64,000 bases of DNA from Bacillota bacterium. Its GTDB lineage: Bacteria; Bacillota; Clostridia; Peptostreptococcales; Anaerovoracaceae. A program made the translations under genes and the position numbers. Below are positions 32,201 through 47,200 of the stretch, in pieces; position 1 is the stretch's first letter; each line of letters starts with the position of its first letter. The stretch lies in assembly GCA_905372035.1 (NCBI GenBank), contig CAJPNN010000002.1, forward strand, positions 1,497 to 65,496, in the 5' to 3' direction. The notes under the pieces were generated by a model, which saw only the letters and a list, made by a program, of their open reading frames with translations, had not been told where the DNA came from and did no database searches.

Positions 32201-35200
32201 GCACTGTTCCATGTAGCTGATATAGGATTTGCATACTTAAGCGCACTGTTCACAGGCGATGAAGGATCGAATGTTCCGTCTCCCGCATCCATGTAAACGC
32301 TCAGTATATCTCCGTCAGCTTCCACGACCTCCAGTTTGTAATTTTTTTCAACGACTACCGAACCGTCCGTTACAGCTACTTTAACAGCTACCTCGTTAAC
32401 ATTGCCCGGTATATTCTTTGTATCCATCTCCATAACGGCATAGTCTCCCGGATTTGAAATTACACCGTTATTCAGAGTTGCAACAGCCCTCGGATCATTT
32501 CCTCTTACTTTTATCTCAGCTTTCGATCCCGGAACCACATATGCCCTGAATGTATTATTTCCTACATATGCGGCGTTGTTTCCGTTAACGAGTACATCTT
32601 TTAAATCTACATCTATAGGTTTTCTGTAAATCGTAAGTTTGTAAGTCTCTACCGTACCGTTCTCACTCGTAACTCTTATTTCAAAGTTGTTCGAACCGTA
32701 AGCCAGAGAAACTTTTTCATTAATTTCTACAAGCTCGGATCCTATCTGATATTTATCAACACCGTTTCTGAATCCTAACAGAGTAACTCGGGTTCCCGCC
32801 CCTACGTGATCATGGTTCGCTCTTGCGTGTATCACGGCTTCTTTGTTATATGATTCCACATCCAGTGTATATCCTTTGACTTCAGGCTTAAACTCAGGCT
32901 CTATGTTATGGTCTTTAACACTGAGCTCCCTTAATGTCGCATCTGACGACGTTTTATGTATCACTACATAATATGTCTTAACAAAATTAGGAACCATCAG
33001 ATATACAGGTATTCTGGTATAGTCGTTTGAAACCTTTACATGTGCAGATACATGTTCTCCGCTGTCCTTTTGAAGAACTTCCACTCCGTTACCGAGAGGT
33101 TCCGCGTCACCGATCTTGATCTTTGTAGGATAGTTTGCAGCATCCAGACCTAACGATGTAAAGTATGCATCTACCGCCTTCTTGGTTTCAAGAGCCCATG
33201 CGGAAATATCGAATTCATTAACATCTTCGTTAAGTTCAACTTCATACTCGAGTATATCTTTTTTATACACTCCGTTCTTGAACGGTGCCGGTACACTGCT
33301 TCCTTTCTTCGTAACCTGAAGTCCGTCAAGGAATACATCCGCAGGTACATAGTGTATATAAAGCTCATAGTAAGATGATGATCCTGCTGTAATAGTTATG
33401 TTGAATCTGTTTGTTTCCGGAGGCATAGGATTGTCATCCTTCTTCCTCTCCAATCCGCCTACGGTAGCCTTGAGTCTTCCTGTTGAAGGATCAATTCCTC
33501 TCCATTCATTATCTGCACCGCCTGCCTCTTTGACTCTTACCATCTCTATCATTGAATTCTTATTAACTGCATAAATTTCAACATTTGCAGTTCCTTTGTC
33601 CGTACCGTTATGCTTAGGACTTCCATAAGAATATGCCTCGTATTTCACTCTTCCGTCAGCAGTTCCGTACTTAACGGCTTTGTGACCGTCAACATAGATC
33701 ACACCGAGGTTATTATCCTCCTGATCCTTTTTAACCGATACGGTATATTCTTTTATAAATTGTCCCGCCGCATCATAAACCTTTACAGGGAAGTTCGTAA
33801 GAACCCCGCCGCTCAGCGGAACTTTAGCCGTAGCAATCGGTCTGTCCACAGTAATCTTCTGCAATGCTCCGCCGTTTATAGAAAGCTGATATCCCTTCTC
33901 TCTATCCGCTACGGTAACTTCAACGTTCGCACTGTTTACGTTGAACGGAAGCGCATTCCTTCTGATATATGTATTTCCCGCTCTTTCAGTTATTTCATTG
34001 TTTACTCTGACTATGAGTTCATAATCATAAGTGTACTTTGAAAGATATAACTTGTATTGACTCTTCGCTCCCGACGGCGCCTGTACAACAACATTCACTT
34101 CCGTCACGAGAGAACTTGTAAGAGCCACTTCCGTTATATACTCACCCTTTCCGTCAGGATTTGCAACACCCTCTATACTGATTACGGCTTCAGGGTTTTT
34201 AGGAACAATCTTAACCGTAGCCTTTTCAGCAGGATGTGCCGCATCCTTGTTAGGAACGGATGCAAAATATGTAGTAAGACCTGTAACTGCTGCCGATTTA
34301 AATCTTTCTACAGGGTCGTCCACGCCCTTTACAAACATATCCTTTATCTCTGTTCCGTCAGGTATGCTGACAGCTCTGAGATAATAATCCTGTTCCGCTC
34401 CGCCTGTCTTTGAAATAACCTTTATCTTGAGGACGTATTCACTCTTGTCCGTAAGCATTCCTATCTTCTGTCCGAAACGAAGCTCACCTTTGACCGATTC
34501 ACCTGTAAGCGTCTTCATATCTTCATCGTAAAGCTGTATGATCGTGTCCGGATCTTCCGTCACAACTCTGAACGTAGCCGCTTCGGAACCCATAGGCATT
34601 TCCGCAACGTACTCGTTCATCTTAACAGGTGTAGCAGTAACAGGTGTAAGCATCATAGTTCCGGCAACTTGAGCTTTTGCCTCAACTATCTTAAGCGCTA
34701 TATTGTTTGAAGCCTTTTCGATGAACAGTTTATAGTTCATAGTGGCTCCGTCTTTAGCCGTAACTTTTACCGGAAGTACAATATTATCCGAACTCATGAA
34801 CGCCGTAGCATCGGCTTCACCGTTTCCGCTGCCTAAAACGGCTCCGTCCTGACTTATATCAATCTTGGAATCGCCGAAGTTTGTCTGCGTCTTGATATAA
34901 GCATACTTAACTACAGGATTTACGAACTTCTGATAGTTGTCTACCGTACGTTCTTCTCCGTCTATCACTTCTTTTGTCGTATTCTTAAATGAAGCTCTCT
35001 TATAGGTTCCGTTCTTTGTCTCCGCAACATTGAATACAAGCTGCAAGTCTGACCTTATTTCTTCCGGCTTAAGTCTTCTGATCTTAAGCTTTGTTTCTTT
35101 AATCTGATCAGGATCACCGGTAACGGAGTTCGAATCTTTTGATCCTACGTTTATTGAGAACTCTCTTTCATTACCTACAAGGATATCGTCAAAGCTAAGG

Positions 35201-38200
35201 TCTTCATATGTATCAGTATTCTTAACAAAAGGTCTGCTTCCGGAAACAAGCTGTATAAATTCTCCTTCTGCAAGAGTCGTAGCGCTCAAGTTACCCTTAA
35301 GCTCTCCGCTTCCTATATCTATGCTGAACTCATAATGATTATTCGGATTGACTTTTGCAAGACGTCCGTTCAGCTTAACTTCTTTAACCTTAAGTTCACT
35401 TGTTTTTCTGTGAAGAACTATGTTGTATGTTGCAGGTGTAGTATCGTTAGGAGTACTCTTTACCTGAACGGAATACGCCTTAGGTCCGTTTGCAAATTCA
35501 TCCTTGTCAAACGGCAGATTCACCTCGAGTTTGCTCTGTGCGGTGAAATCTCCATGTGGGAGACTCATACTTAAAACTGCTCCCGGATCATCCGCAATTA
35601 TATTCACAGGTACTATCTGTGAAGCATAAGGAACATCAATATCGATACGCTTGTTAACGTGATCTACTTTTCTTATAGTTTCAACCACTTCCCCGTTGCT
35701 GTTTTTAAGCTCTACCTTAAGTATCTTCCTGTTTTCGGATATTCTCTTTACCCTTACAACATAATCTTTACCTTCGGATTTTCCTGTTGCCATCTCGTCC
35801 TGAGATCTTACTTTGAAGTGGAAATCATAGCTTTGTCCCGGCTTCAAATTATTTATAAGCAGAGTCTTCTCTCCTACTTCATATTCATTCTTTCCGTTTA
35901 TATCCACTCCCGCATATTCATGATCCGCCTTGACTTTGATTTCAATAGTTCTGATATCATTTCCTATCTCGGCGACATACATGTTCTCTGCAGGGTCGAA
36001 GCTTGCAGGTGATGCAGAATCAAGTTTTCCCGCAGGTGCCACCCATACGTTCTTAACTTTTCTGTTATCATCCACCGTTCTGTAAATATCCAGTCTGTAT
36101 AACTTTCTAACACCTGTTTCGGATGTTACGGACATGGATACCGTTACAGGATTTTCGGAATTGGCATCTTTCGTATCGTAACTGTAGCTTGATCTGTAAG
36201 CAAGCTGCGGACTAGGATTTACAATTCCCGGTTCAAGTTCACCGTTCTCATCGGCGAGTCTTACAACAGTTTTTTCCGTATGCGTCTGAGCCTGGGCGGT
36301 AACATAAGTCTTGATATTCTTTTCAACTGAAAGCCTGTAGTCTTCACTTGATACAAAACCCTTATATACCGTTATCTTTTCTCCGGTAAAGCCGTCAACA
36401 TCTTCACCCGACTGAACAGCTCTTGTCGTATTCACACCTCTTATCTCTATAAACTCAATATTATTGTTAACTGAGGATACATCGATATGAAGTATATTGT
36501 CGCTTACTTTACGTCCTTCACTGCTTTCATCCTCTGAAATTACAGTATAAGGAATATCGAGATGCTTCTCTCCTTCTTTTATAGGAACAAGTATGCCCTT
36601 CACCCTGTCATTAGGATCGTCCGTTGCCCCTACATAAGTTTTACCTTTAAATACTATCTTGGCCTTAGGTGCAACCGTCTTCAAATACACGAGTGCATAT
36701 TTTCCTGCAAGAGGTTTACCGTCCAGATCTACCTGATCCAGTGCGGTTTCAGGCGTCTCAAATATATCAGTTATATGTTCATCCACTACGGTTTTCTTTC
36801 TGTACTCTTTGTTCACCGTAGATTCTCCGTAATCGATATCCGTATTCTGAGACTGTCTGTATATATGAACTCTGTAATAAGCCACCTGACCCGTCTTTGA
36901 TCTTGCAGTAAGTTCAAAGACGCTGTCTTCAGTATCTTCGGCAACCTGTGCCGGAGCGTTTATCGCAAGTTCCACATATGTATCATGAGCAAAGTCGTTG
37001 TTTATATAAACAGTTCCGCTCTGATCAGGCACATTGTTCATCAATGATACCACAGGTTCGTCTACACCGAGTGCATCCTTAAGTATCTTGAACCTTACGG
37101 TATTCGCATGCGATGACGGCACGCCGAAGTAGAAGTTGTTATAAACATGACCGTCAGCTTCAAGCTTAGGTATTGATTCTTTAATAGCAACATCATCTAC
37201 CACAGGAATTAATTTGTTATTATTTGATTTCTGTTTTATAAACAGATTATATGTAGCGACAGTTCCTATAACCCCGTCATCTCCGAGTGTCGGTTCATGC
37301 GGATTTGCAAGGTCGTTAGGTACTCCCACCTGCACTTTGACCATTGTCGTCGATGCATCTTCCGTATTAAGCGGAAGCACCTGGTAAGTATTCGTCGCCT
37401 TCACCCATTCAAGCCAAACTATATCAGGATCATCATTGGCATAGTTCGATGCCTTCCTCAGATATTCGGCATATGAACTGTCCGTACTTGCCGGCTTCTT
37501 AAGAACACCGATCCTTACATACATATCTCTAAGCGTAGTATTTGCAGTAACGCTCACATTGTCTTGCGGCAATATGTCTACATGATAAGCCCCGTCTCTA
37601 TATTCCGCATCCTGATTGCCTTGAAGCGCATTATAAATTATCAGGTTCTTGAGCGAAACATCAGCTTTATGTACGTGAAGCTTATGTGCCGCTATGGTAC
37701 CGTCCGTAGCTCTCACGCTTATATCTATGACAAACTCATTTGCCGCCATAGGAACATCTGTAAGTTTATCCTGATGCTCTTTATATGTCACATGGCTTCC
37801 GACTTTAACGCCTGCCATAAGTGATTTGGAAATCGCCTCAATATCCACAAGTGACGCCGTGGACGGAACCCAAACATGGTATTCACCGTCTTTAACCTGT
37901 GCCGCTTGTGAAGTTTCTTTTCCGTTTTCCTTATAATAAGCCTTTATGCTTTCAAGCTCGGTATTTGAAGTCTTCTTGTAAACCCTCAAATAAGATACTT
38001 TTATTTCCTTTGAGTCCTCACTCTTTGTCTTTATCTCAAATACCGTAACTTCTTTATCCGCAAGTCTGAATTTGTTTACGGACCATACGTTAAGATCCTG
38101 TTCAACAGGGTCCGGAGCGGTATCCATACCTCCCGTGATCTTTGCAAACGCATTTGCGGTTTCCGCATAAATATTTGTAATTACCGGTGTGCTGAAGTCG

Positions 38201-41200
38201 CTTACCGCATCCTTAAGTATGTATGTATAAACATCATGTTCCTTGCCGTTTATAGTTTCAACCTTCTTAGTATTTACAAGGTTTTCACTGTCATCCACCT
38301 TGAGGGTCTTGATGCTGTCGTCAAGGTTCTTTCTGGTTAATTTAACAGTATATCTCGTCACCTTAAGATCAGGATCCGTAACATCGATCGGAATGTAAAT
38401 ATCCTTTATCATAGTAGAAATTGCAAGCGAATTTATCGTCTGCTTATATGTGTCGTTATCTACTCTGTTGATCTTTAATATAGCATTCTTATTCAATGCT
38501 CCCGCACTTATTTTTATATGATCTGACGAATTTGAAATAATCATGTTGTAGGTGTTTGAAGCATCTTTTTTAAGCTCCGTTTCACCCGCACCCGCATCAA
38601 CCTTGACATAGTCAAGACCTGTCTGATAATCAGGTGTCCTTATGATCAGCTTATACGATGCGCTGCTCTGACCGTTACCCGATGTCACAACAATCCTGTA
38701 TTCATCAATCTTAAGTGCATCGATTTGAAGAGCATCATCGGACCAAACATTTGATATCCCGGACTTTGATACAAGCTCGTTATTGTCTTTATAAAGCTTG
38801 ACCGTACCCGCAGGTGCCTTTATCACAACTTTAGCCGTTGCATTCTCCATCGTAGGATAAGCCGACTCATCCAGATATGCTGTATATGCGCCGTTCTTAT
38901 ACTCTATAACGGTATCGTTTACAGCGACCTCATCAAGCCTTGCAACTCTGTTTTCTCTTGATATCACAAGGTCATAATTCTTCTTGGTATTGTCGGTTGC
39001 AACAACAGTTATTACTTTCTTTATTTCCTTCTGATCGAGAGGCAGAGAAACATCAGCGTTAAATTCTCCCACCTGAGAGTCGCTCACACCTTCAAGACTT
39101 ATCTTCGCTTTTTCGTTGCTCGACTTGATATAAAGTGCAAGATCCTTCAAATCATCTCTTACATAAAGCACATATTTGGTATTCTTGTCAGGATCCGTGC
39201 TTGAAACCTTGTTTGCAACAGTCTCGTCAGGTAAACCTTTCTGACCGATTACTTTGACGATTTCAGCATCGCTGTTTCTCTTAGCCATGGTTAAATCATA
39301 AACCGCCGTATCCGTTCCTCTTGACGCAACGATTTTATATTTGTTCACAGGATCGGTCAGGTTGGAAAGCGCTACGTCTATACTTTCCGCTCCGTCAGCT
39401 ATCGCATCAGGATTTCCGACTTTGTAAAGCTTCAAGTTTACATCGGAGGAATTTGCAACTACAGTAAGCTGCCCCTTTGTATCCGCTGCAGGCATCAAGG
39501 TATAGTAATCTCCCTTGCTGTCCTTTTCCACTTCTCTTGCGCTGTTTTGGCTTTCCGGCTTAAACAGTACGCTCGACAGGTTAAGACGATTATCCTGCTT
39601 CGTTATTATAAGTGAAGCGTTTACTTTCATATCATCTGTAAACGGATATGTGCTTACAACCAGCGGAACTACCGTTTCTCCTACACTATTGAGTTTTACC
39701 GATACGGTATCCTCATGGATCTTCTCCGCATTTCCCGCAATCTTAACTTTAGCCGCAGTACTTGAAGCTGTCAGTGTAACATCCGCCGCCGAAGCGTTAG
39801 GTTTAACCTGATAATAATATTTATCTCCCTGTTTAAGGGCATCATTTCCATTGACCTTTACATTCTTAATCGTGCTTATTCCCTTAACTATGAGCAGCTT
39901 ATAATCTTTCTTCGTTTTTCCGTCTCTTGCGGTCACGTTGAAAATAAGCTCCGTTACATTTCCTGCACAGTGACACGATGCCGTAAGCACTCCGTCAATT
40001 GAGTTTATTCCTTCGAACAGGATCTTCGACTGTGCATTGTTAGCCTTTATCTTAAGCAATCCGGTCAAAGTTTCAGGAGGAACGTTTACGATATAAGTGG
40101 ATTTATCCCAATCCGATATCTTGGCTTTCTTTCCTGCAAATTCAACCGACTGAATTCCCGTATCGGCTCCCTGAGACACACTTATTATTATTCTCTTAAC
40201 TTCGCTCTCAGCCGATCCGTCGGAAGCTGCCACCTTAAATCTGTATTCCGTATCTCCTACAGCATTTATCGGAAGATTTTCAAATATACTCAATCCCGTA
40301 CCGATCTTCGGTGCATTTTCCGATATTCCGTTACCCCAAAGTGTTATCTTTGAGAGTGCGCCTACAGGTTCTATTGAAATATCTACAGGCTTTCCTATCT
40401 CAACCTGTGCGGCAAATATGCCGTTTTTCTCTTCAATCTTTTTGCCGTCAACATGCAGACTCTTGATTCCTATCTTCTCCAGATCTCTGTAAACGTACAA
40501 AGTATAATCCTGCTGTGCATTTCCTGAAGATGATATTACTCTGAATCTGAATATATTAACAGGGTTTGATTCAGGATCACCGAGCTCTCTCGTTACATTG
40601 AGCTCCCCTTTAGCCTTCTCGCTCGTAGGCTGCTCATTTTCAAGCATAACGATATCCGCAAAACCGTTTTGAGTATTTATTCTTATCTTCGCAGGATTGC
40701 TGCTGAGCAAGTCGTTCGCATCAACTTTCGACGGTATGGAAATCTCATATATCGTAGGGTTGTTCGATCTCGCCTTTGCAGTTCCTCCGTTAACCGTTAC
40801 TCCTGTGAGTGCGGTATTGTTACTGTTCTTGAAGATCTTAACACTGTAATCTCTGAATGCATTAGGTGTTCTCTCGGCATCAACATACATTTCGGCGTCC
40901 ACTCTGAATCCGATAGCCGTCTGTTCTCCGATCGAAAGTTTGTAATCTTCGCCGTTATTGTTCCAATCTCCTGCCGGAACGGTAACCTTTACACCGTTGA
41001 CATATGTTATATATGCACGACTGTTTGCGACAAATTCTACAGGAAGCTTATTAAGGCTGTTATCAACCTTAAAGATGTATTCCTTTCCTTCGTTTATAAC
41101 ATCCGTACCTAAAACATTGTTCACTTTTACTCTATGAACCGAAATATCATCAGACATACCTCTCAACAGGAGATAACGTTTTCCTATAACCCCGCTGTGC

Positions 41201-44200
41201 GATTCTATTTCTATTCTGTAGTATTCTACAATTCCGAGTTTTACACCACCCTTTAAGATGAAGTTTCTCGTTCCGTCAGGCGCAGTGTCGTTATCCCATT
41301 CAGCCGCCTTGAGTACATCCGTATATTCCGCATCGTCATTAGGTGCAACAACTCTTCTTACACTCAATATCTTAGCGTTTTCATCATTAGGTCTGATCTC
41401 AATCTTGACATTTTTTTCAGGAACATACGAATCATACTGTATGTCTTTATCCATCTTTACGTTGAAGTGTGAAACTTCTCCTCTGTTTGTAACTATGCTC
41501 TTGAGAGAAACATCACCCTTCTTTCTGAGCATATTCAAACTGTAGGCTTTGATATCTCCGTTTTCGGCCCTTACTTCAACTGAATATTTACCTTTATTTT
41601 CATCGGCATTTATATTTCCTGCAAATGTCGAATCGTGCTGTGATGTCCAGTCGGAACCGATCCACGCTCCGGCTTTATCATAATATCCCACTCTCAAAGT
41701 AGCCTTGCTTGCAGGTACTACGGTCAATCCGAAGTCTTTGTTATCATCTCCGAAGTAGAATGAGTATACTTTATCTCCTGTCACAGGATCCTGTTTTTCC
41801 ATCGCAGGAACATTTGTAGTTGTCTCGAAGATCTTTAATATACCGTTATCTCCGCTCCTCCTTGTGAGGTTCAGAGTATACCAGCCTTTTCCGTTTACGG
41901 TTGCCGGCGTACCGTTTTGTGCCGTAACATAGATCTTTACAACAGCTGAATCTCCGTCAACATTTATAAGCTTTGATGTAACTTTGACATCTACAGGAGG
42001 ATTTGTCTCTATTCCGACCTTGGCAAAGTCATCTTCCGCTACTGCCTGGATATTTGCCTGCTTTTCTTCATATGACAAGTAACCTTCAAATGTATTTGTT
42101 GCGGTATTCCAAACAGCTTTTCTTCCGTTCACCTCAACCGTGATCTTCGTGCTTCCGCTCTTAGCCTTGAATATCAGCGGAACGATTCTTTCATAAGCCG
42201 AATCTTTAGCCTTGAGCCTGATATTAAACTTAAGTCCGTCAGGGTTGTTAGGATCAAGTTTTGAAATATCAAACCCTCTTACCACAAGCAGATTGCTTCC
42301 GCCGTTAGGTGCAACAATGTTTCCGTCAAGCGATCTTATCTCAGGAAGCGCATTTTCCGTAGCCTGGAGAAGCACGTCAGCCGATACTGCCCCGTTATCC
42401 ACATATGCTACATAGTTTCCTTTGCTGTCCGGTTTGATCACCGTACTGTTCACCTTAACTGAAGTCAAGCCCAAATCAAGATCGGAAACCGTCACATAAA
42501 TCTTGTACTCCTTGATATCTCCGCTCTGAGACTTAACCTTCATAGGTACTATAAACGTATCAGGGGTTCCGTCATTATTTGCATCAAATGTCTTGTTTGT
42601 GAGTACAACCCTCTTAGTATAAACTCCGTCGGCATCCACACTTGAGAAGTCACCGCCGTCTATACTTACCTCGGAAGTCTTATCTTCCGGTCTTACGCTC
42701 AGAAGCTCAGTATATATAAGCTTGTTCGGATCAGCCTTATCTACAGGTATAAACACATTATATATACCGTAAGGTTTACCGTTATGAGTTTCTAAAGACT
42801 CGGTCGTATCTTTGTTTTCGTAAGAAGTTCCGATATTTGCGATTACCTCTTTAACTGCCGTATTGTTGCTCTTCATTCTAAGCACCAATCTGTACTTTGC
42901 AGGTGTTTTATCGTCATCGCTCTTCTTAACCGTTATATTAACTGTCGTCTCTTTGCTCTCAAGAGCTCTGTAAAGATAAGTGTTAAGTTCTGCCGCCTGC
43001 CCCGTGTTCGCCTTGTTATTTACAGAAGCCGGTGAACCGTCCTTATCACTGTAACCGTCTATGGTAACTATATAGTTGTTGTTCGAAGCGATCGCCTTTA
43101 TGCCTGCATGTGACGCCTTTGCATCCACATACGCTTCATAAGAACCGTCATTCTTGGCAGTCGGCGCTTTTCCGTCAACCGTCAGAATAATTCCGTAATC
43201 CTGTGCAAGTCTCTTCAGAATCAATCCCGCAGCCACTGCAGAATTACTGTCTGTCGCTTCTTTATAAAGTTTGACGCCGATTTCTTTTTCACTTTCCGAA
43301 ACAGGCATATAAACCTTTTTCTCGTTCTTGGAAAGCTTTCTGTCTCCTCCGTCGATTTCAACATAATAGTTTATTAAAGTTCCCTCCGCTCCTACAAGTA
43401 ACTCCGAAGCATTAGGCAATACCGTGTCATATATGTAATTTGTTTCCGATACTGTAGGGTCTTTCGCTTTATCTCCGTTTACGGTAATCTTCTTTATCGC
43501 AGGAGCAGTCTCGTCTCCGATTATGGTAAGAGTTATAGTTCTCTTCGTATTTCCCGACTGAGATTTGATCTCAAACGTCAGAACCTTGTTTGCAGTCTGC
43601 AAGTCCATATCGGTTATAACATCACTGTATATACCCTGTTCATATCCCGAACCGTTAAGCTTAAGTATGCTTGCAAGTTCATCATATGTCTTTATCGTAA
43701 ATGCCGCAAACTTGGTAGTGTTAGGTATTTTTACCTCCCACTTGCTGTTATCGTTCGTCGGCTTAGCATAATACTGACCTACTTTTATGTAATCTATTTC
43801 GGTATTTTCGGACTTGGTCCTTATAACCAGATAATACGTTTTGCTCGTATAGCCGTCCTCCGCAGTAACAGTCACTCTGAACCTGTTTATATCGGACTTG
43901 GTATCAAGACTTACATCATCCCAAACTCCGCCACCTTTAACAGCCTTACCTATCTCTTCATAGCTGTATTCAACAGGTGATTTGCCCTTGGCCGGAATCA
44001 TTCTCTCCAGTTTTACCGTCGATTCAGGCTTCACGGAAATCAGGGTTATGTTCGCCTTGCTGTTAAGGACATTCGTATTTGCAATATATGTATAAGTATC
44101 CTTTGCACCCTTGGTGAGCGATGTTTCGTCAACCTTAACGGATGCCAGATCCATATTCAGATCCACCTTCTTGATTATAAGTTTATAGCCGTCTTCTTTT

Positions 44201-47200
44201 GTCAGCTTGTCCGATGCCGTAACGGATATAGGAACAGTGAACTCGTTACCCAGTTCCATAGGGTAGTTATTTCTTGTTCTTGCACCTGTAATATTATCAA
44301 TAGAGTCGTAAGCTCCGCCTATAAGTATCTCATGAACCTCATAGCTGTTAGGAGTTACTCTGATATCAGCTTTCGAAACGTCTCTTCCGACAACGATATT
44401 GTACTCAAGCGGATTGAGCTTATTGACAACAGCTTCTCTTGCAACTCCGTCAATGATAAGCTCCACTTTTGTAACTGCGGTGTCTCTCGCTGCGGTCTGA
44501 ACTATGATCTTGTAAGTCCTTATCGCACCGTTCTCGGCTTTCACATAGAACGGTATCTCCAATCCCTTATTGAGATCGGTTCCTGATATATCATATCCCG
44601 GCAGCATTATTTCATTGTTGTCGCTATATAAAGCACCATCCGAACCGAGAGGATTTGCAAATCTGTCAACCGCCACCTTTGCAAACGGACTGTTGGCTTT
44701 TATTCTTATAGGAAGTTTGCTCGTTCCCTCCGCAACCGAAACTACATAAGCTCCTTTTGCCGTATTATAACCCACAGGTCTGTCCATATCATTTATTCTG
44801 ACAAGTTTAACATACCCGTTAGGATCAATAGTATTATCATTTGATTTCGGTACTATTCTCAGCTTATAAATCTTTGTCGCCACTCCCTCTTCGGAAACAA
44901 CTTTTATTCTGACTACAGGCTGATCGTTCATCAGTTTAATAGTCTTTAATGCCCTGTTCGTCTCCGAAGGATCAGTATTTTCATTTACGAAATCTGCAGG
45001 AACGGTTCCGTTTGCGATACCGTCGTTTATAGTTACAGTAGCGGAAGGAGATGTTGCAACAACTTCAATCTGTACAGTTGCTCCGTTATTTATATCCTCC
45101 TGATCTACACCGAGATAGTAATCATACTCCGAAACTCCCTCAGGCGCTTTGACCGGCTTACCCGCATATTTAACATTTGAGATCTCTCTTATAGTATAGA
45201 TAGACGTATCGGAAGAAGCCGCCTCGATTATAAGGTTGTATTCCTTAACAGGATCTATTCCGTCAGGACTCTTAACCGATATCTTTGTTACAGTTTCCTT
45301 TGCTCCCGTCGCAGGATCCACCAGAGTAAAGTTCTTATAGACAACTGACGGTGCTTCGCCCGTTACGAGAGTGTCTTCTTCAGGCTTCTTGTAATCTCCC
45401 TCATCTCCTACTCTTATATATGCATCTTTGTTGTTAGGAATTACTTTGATCCATGCGCCTTCTTTATCATAAGGAACTTTTACTCTGTAAGTTGACGTAT
45501 TCGCATCATATTTTGCAATTTGCTTTCCTGATGTCGTCTGTACTATAACTCCGTCATTTATTATCGTCTTATCCTTTGAAAGTTTCTTGATCTTTACTGT
45601 AAATGTCTTCGTTGTTCCGTCCTGAGCTCTTACATGTATATACTTAACCGTAGCTTCAGGTTCATTTGCCTTGACATCCTTCATTTCCGCCTTGTTCCCG
45701 GCTCCGTTTGCGATTTCAAACGTCTTGCTGTCGGAAATCGTCACTGCCGCAAATTTATCTTTAGTTTCAGCAGTAAGAGTTCTCACCGTATTGTCCGATC
45801 CGTCGGCTGAACGAGGCAACAAGAAATCATAGGTGCTTTCATCGGCATCTAAATTCAGCTTATGTTCACCGAATTTCACATCCAGGTCGACATTTGAAGA
45901 CTGCCTTATAACTATGATCTTATAAGTAGCCTTGGCATAAACACCTGTAACGCTGTCATGTACTTTCGGTGTAACGGTAGCAAAATATGTAATTTCATTC
46001 TGGAGAAGCTCTTCTTCAACGGTTGCGGAAGGTGCTCCCGCAGCATTCTTGGCCGTGTCTTCATTCTTATCCAACGCGATAAGTGCTCCTCTTGCCATAG
46101 GGTTTGCATTAAGCCTTATCTTCTCGACTTTGCCTTTGACTTTTACTATATAAGCATCTTTCTCATAGTCATAAACCGCTTTAAATTCTTCTCCTGCAGC
46201 TCCTGTAGCTTTTATTATTTCATCAGCTTTAACTTCTCCCAACCTGTTGTCGGAATCCTCATTGTACAACCTTAGGATATATCTGTTGCCGTCATTTGCC
46301 GACTCTCCGTCAGGAATAACGTGTATATCTATATCCTGAGTTCCGTCAGGCCCGAAGTTCACTCTGATATTCTGAATGCTCGCATTGAGCGAAGGCGCTG
46401 TATCTCCTATCTTGATATATGATCCGTATGTAGCCGTAGTAACCATAACTCTTGCGGAATCCGCCGTCTTGTCCACCTTATAGCGATAGATTCCCTGAAC
46501 TCCCGGCATCTTCTCTTTCTTCACATAGTTGGCATTTACGTATACCATAGGATCTTCAGCTTTTGAAAGTCTGTGTATTCTCAAAGTATATTGAAGACCT
46601 TCGTTTCCTCCCGCCTTAAGCTGGACCACAGCCGTATCCGTTCCGCTCTTATCCGCAAGAACAAAGTCAGGATATACCCCGTTCACAACCTTGGAATAAT
46701 CCAAATCTCTGTTAGGCGCAGCCGCTTTATACTGAACCTGTGCCTCACTGAGTTCTCCTATTGTTGTAATATCCACCGACTTAACGTCTTCCGGAAGATA
46801 AACATCATAGTGAAGATCATCCGTCATAACGGCTCTGTAAGTCTTTCCGTTTGCAACGCCCTTGCTTGTTGCCGTGATCTCTTTGATAGCCGTAGCCGCC
46901 TTCTTCTTATAAATAGTAAGCAGATAGCTCATGCTCTTATTATTATCCGCAGTTATATTTATAGGAACGGTGACCATCTTATCGTTTTCATTAAGAGTCA
47001 CTGTCTGAACATCAAAGTTCTTAGGATGTTTATGCGCCTCATCATGATCCGCATTTACCTTCTTGTTGTTTACCGAAATGGTAGATGCAAATCCACCCTC
47101 TCCGTAAACATATATCTTGAGGTTTTGTGTAGCATCATCTACAACGGTAAAGTACTGGTTCGTATTTCCTATTTGTATAGCATTCTTTATACTCGTTATG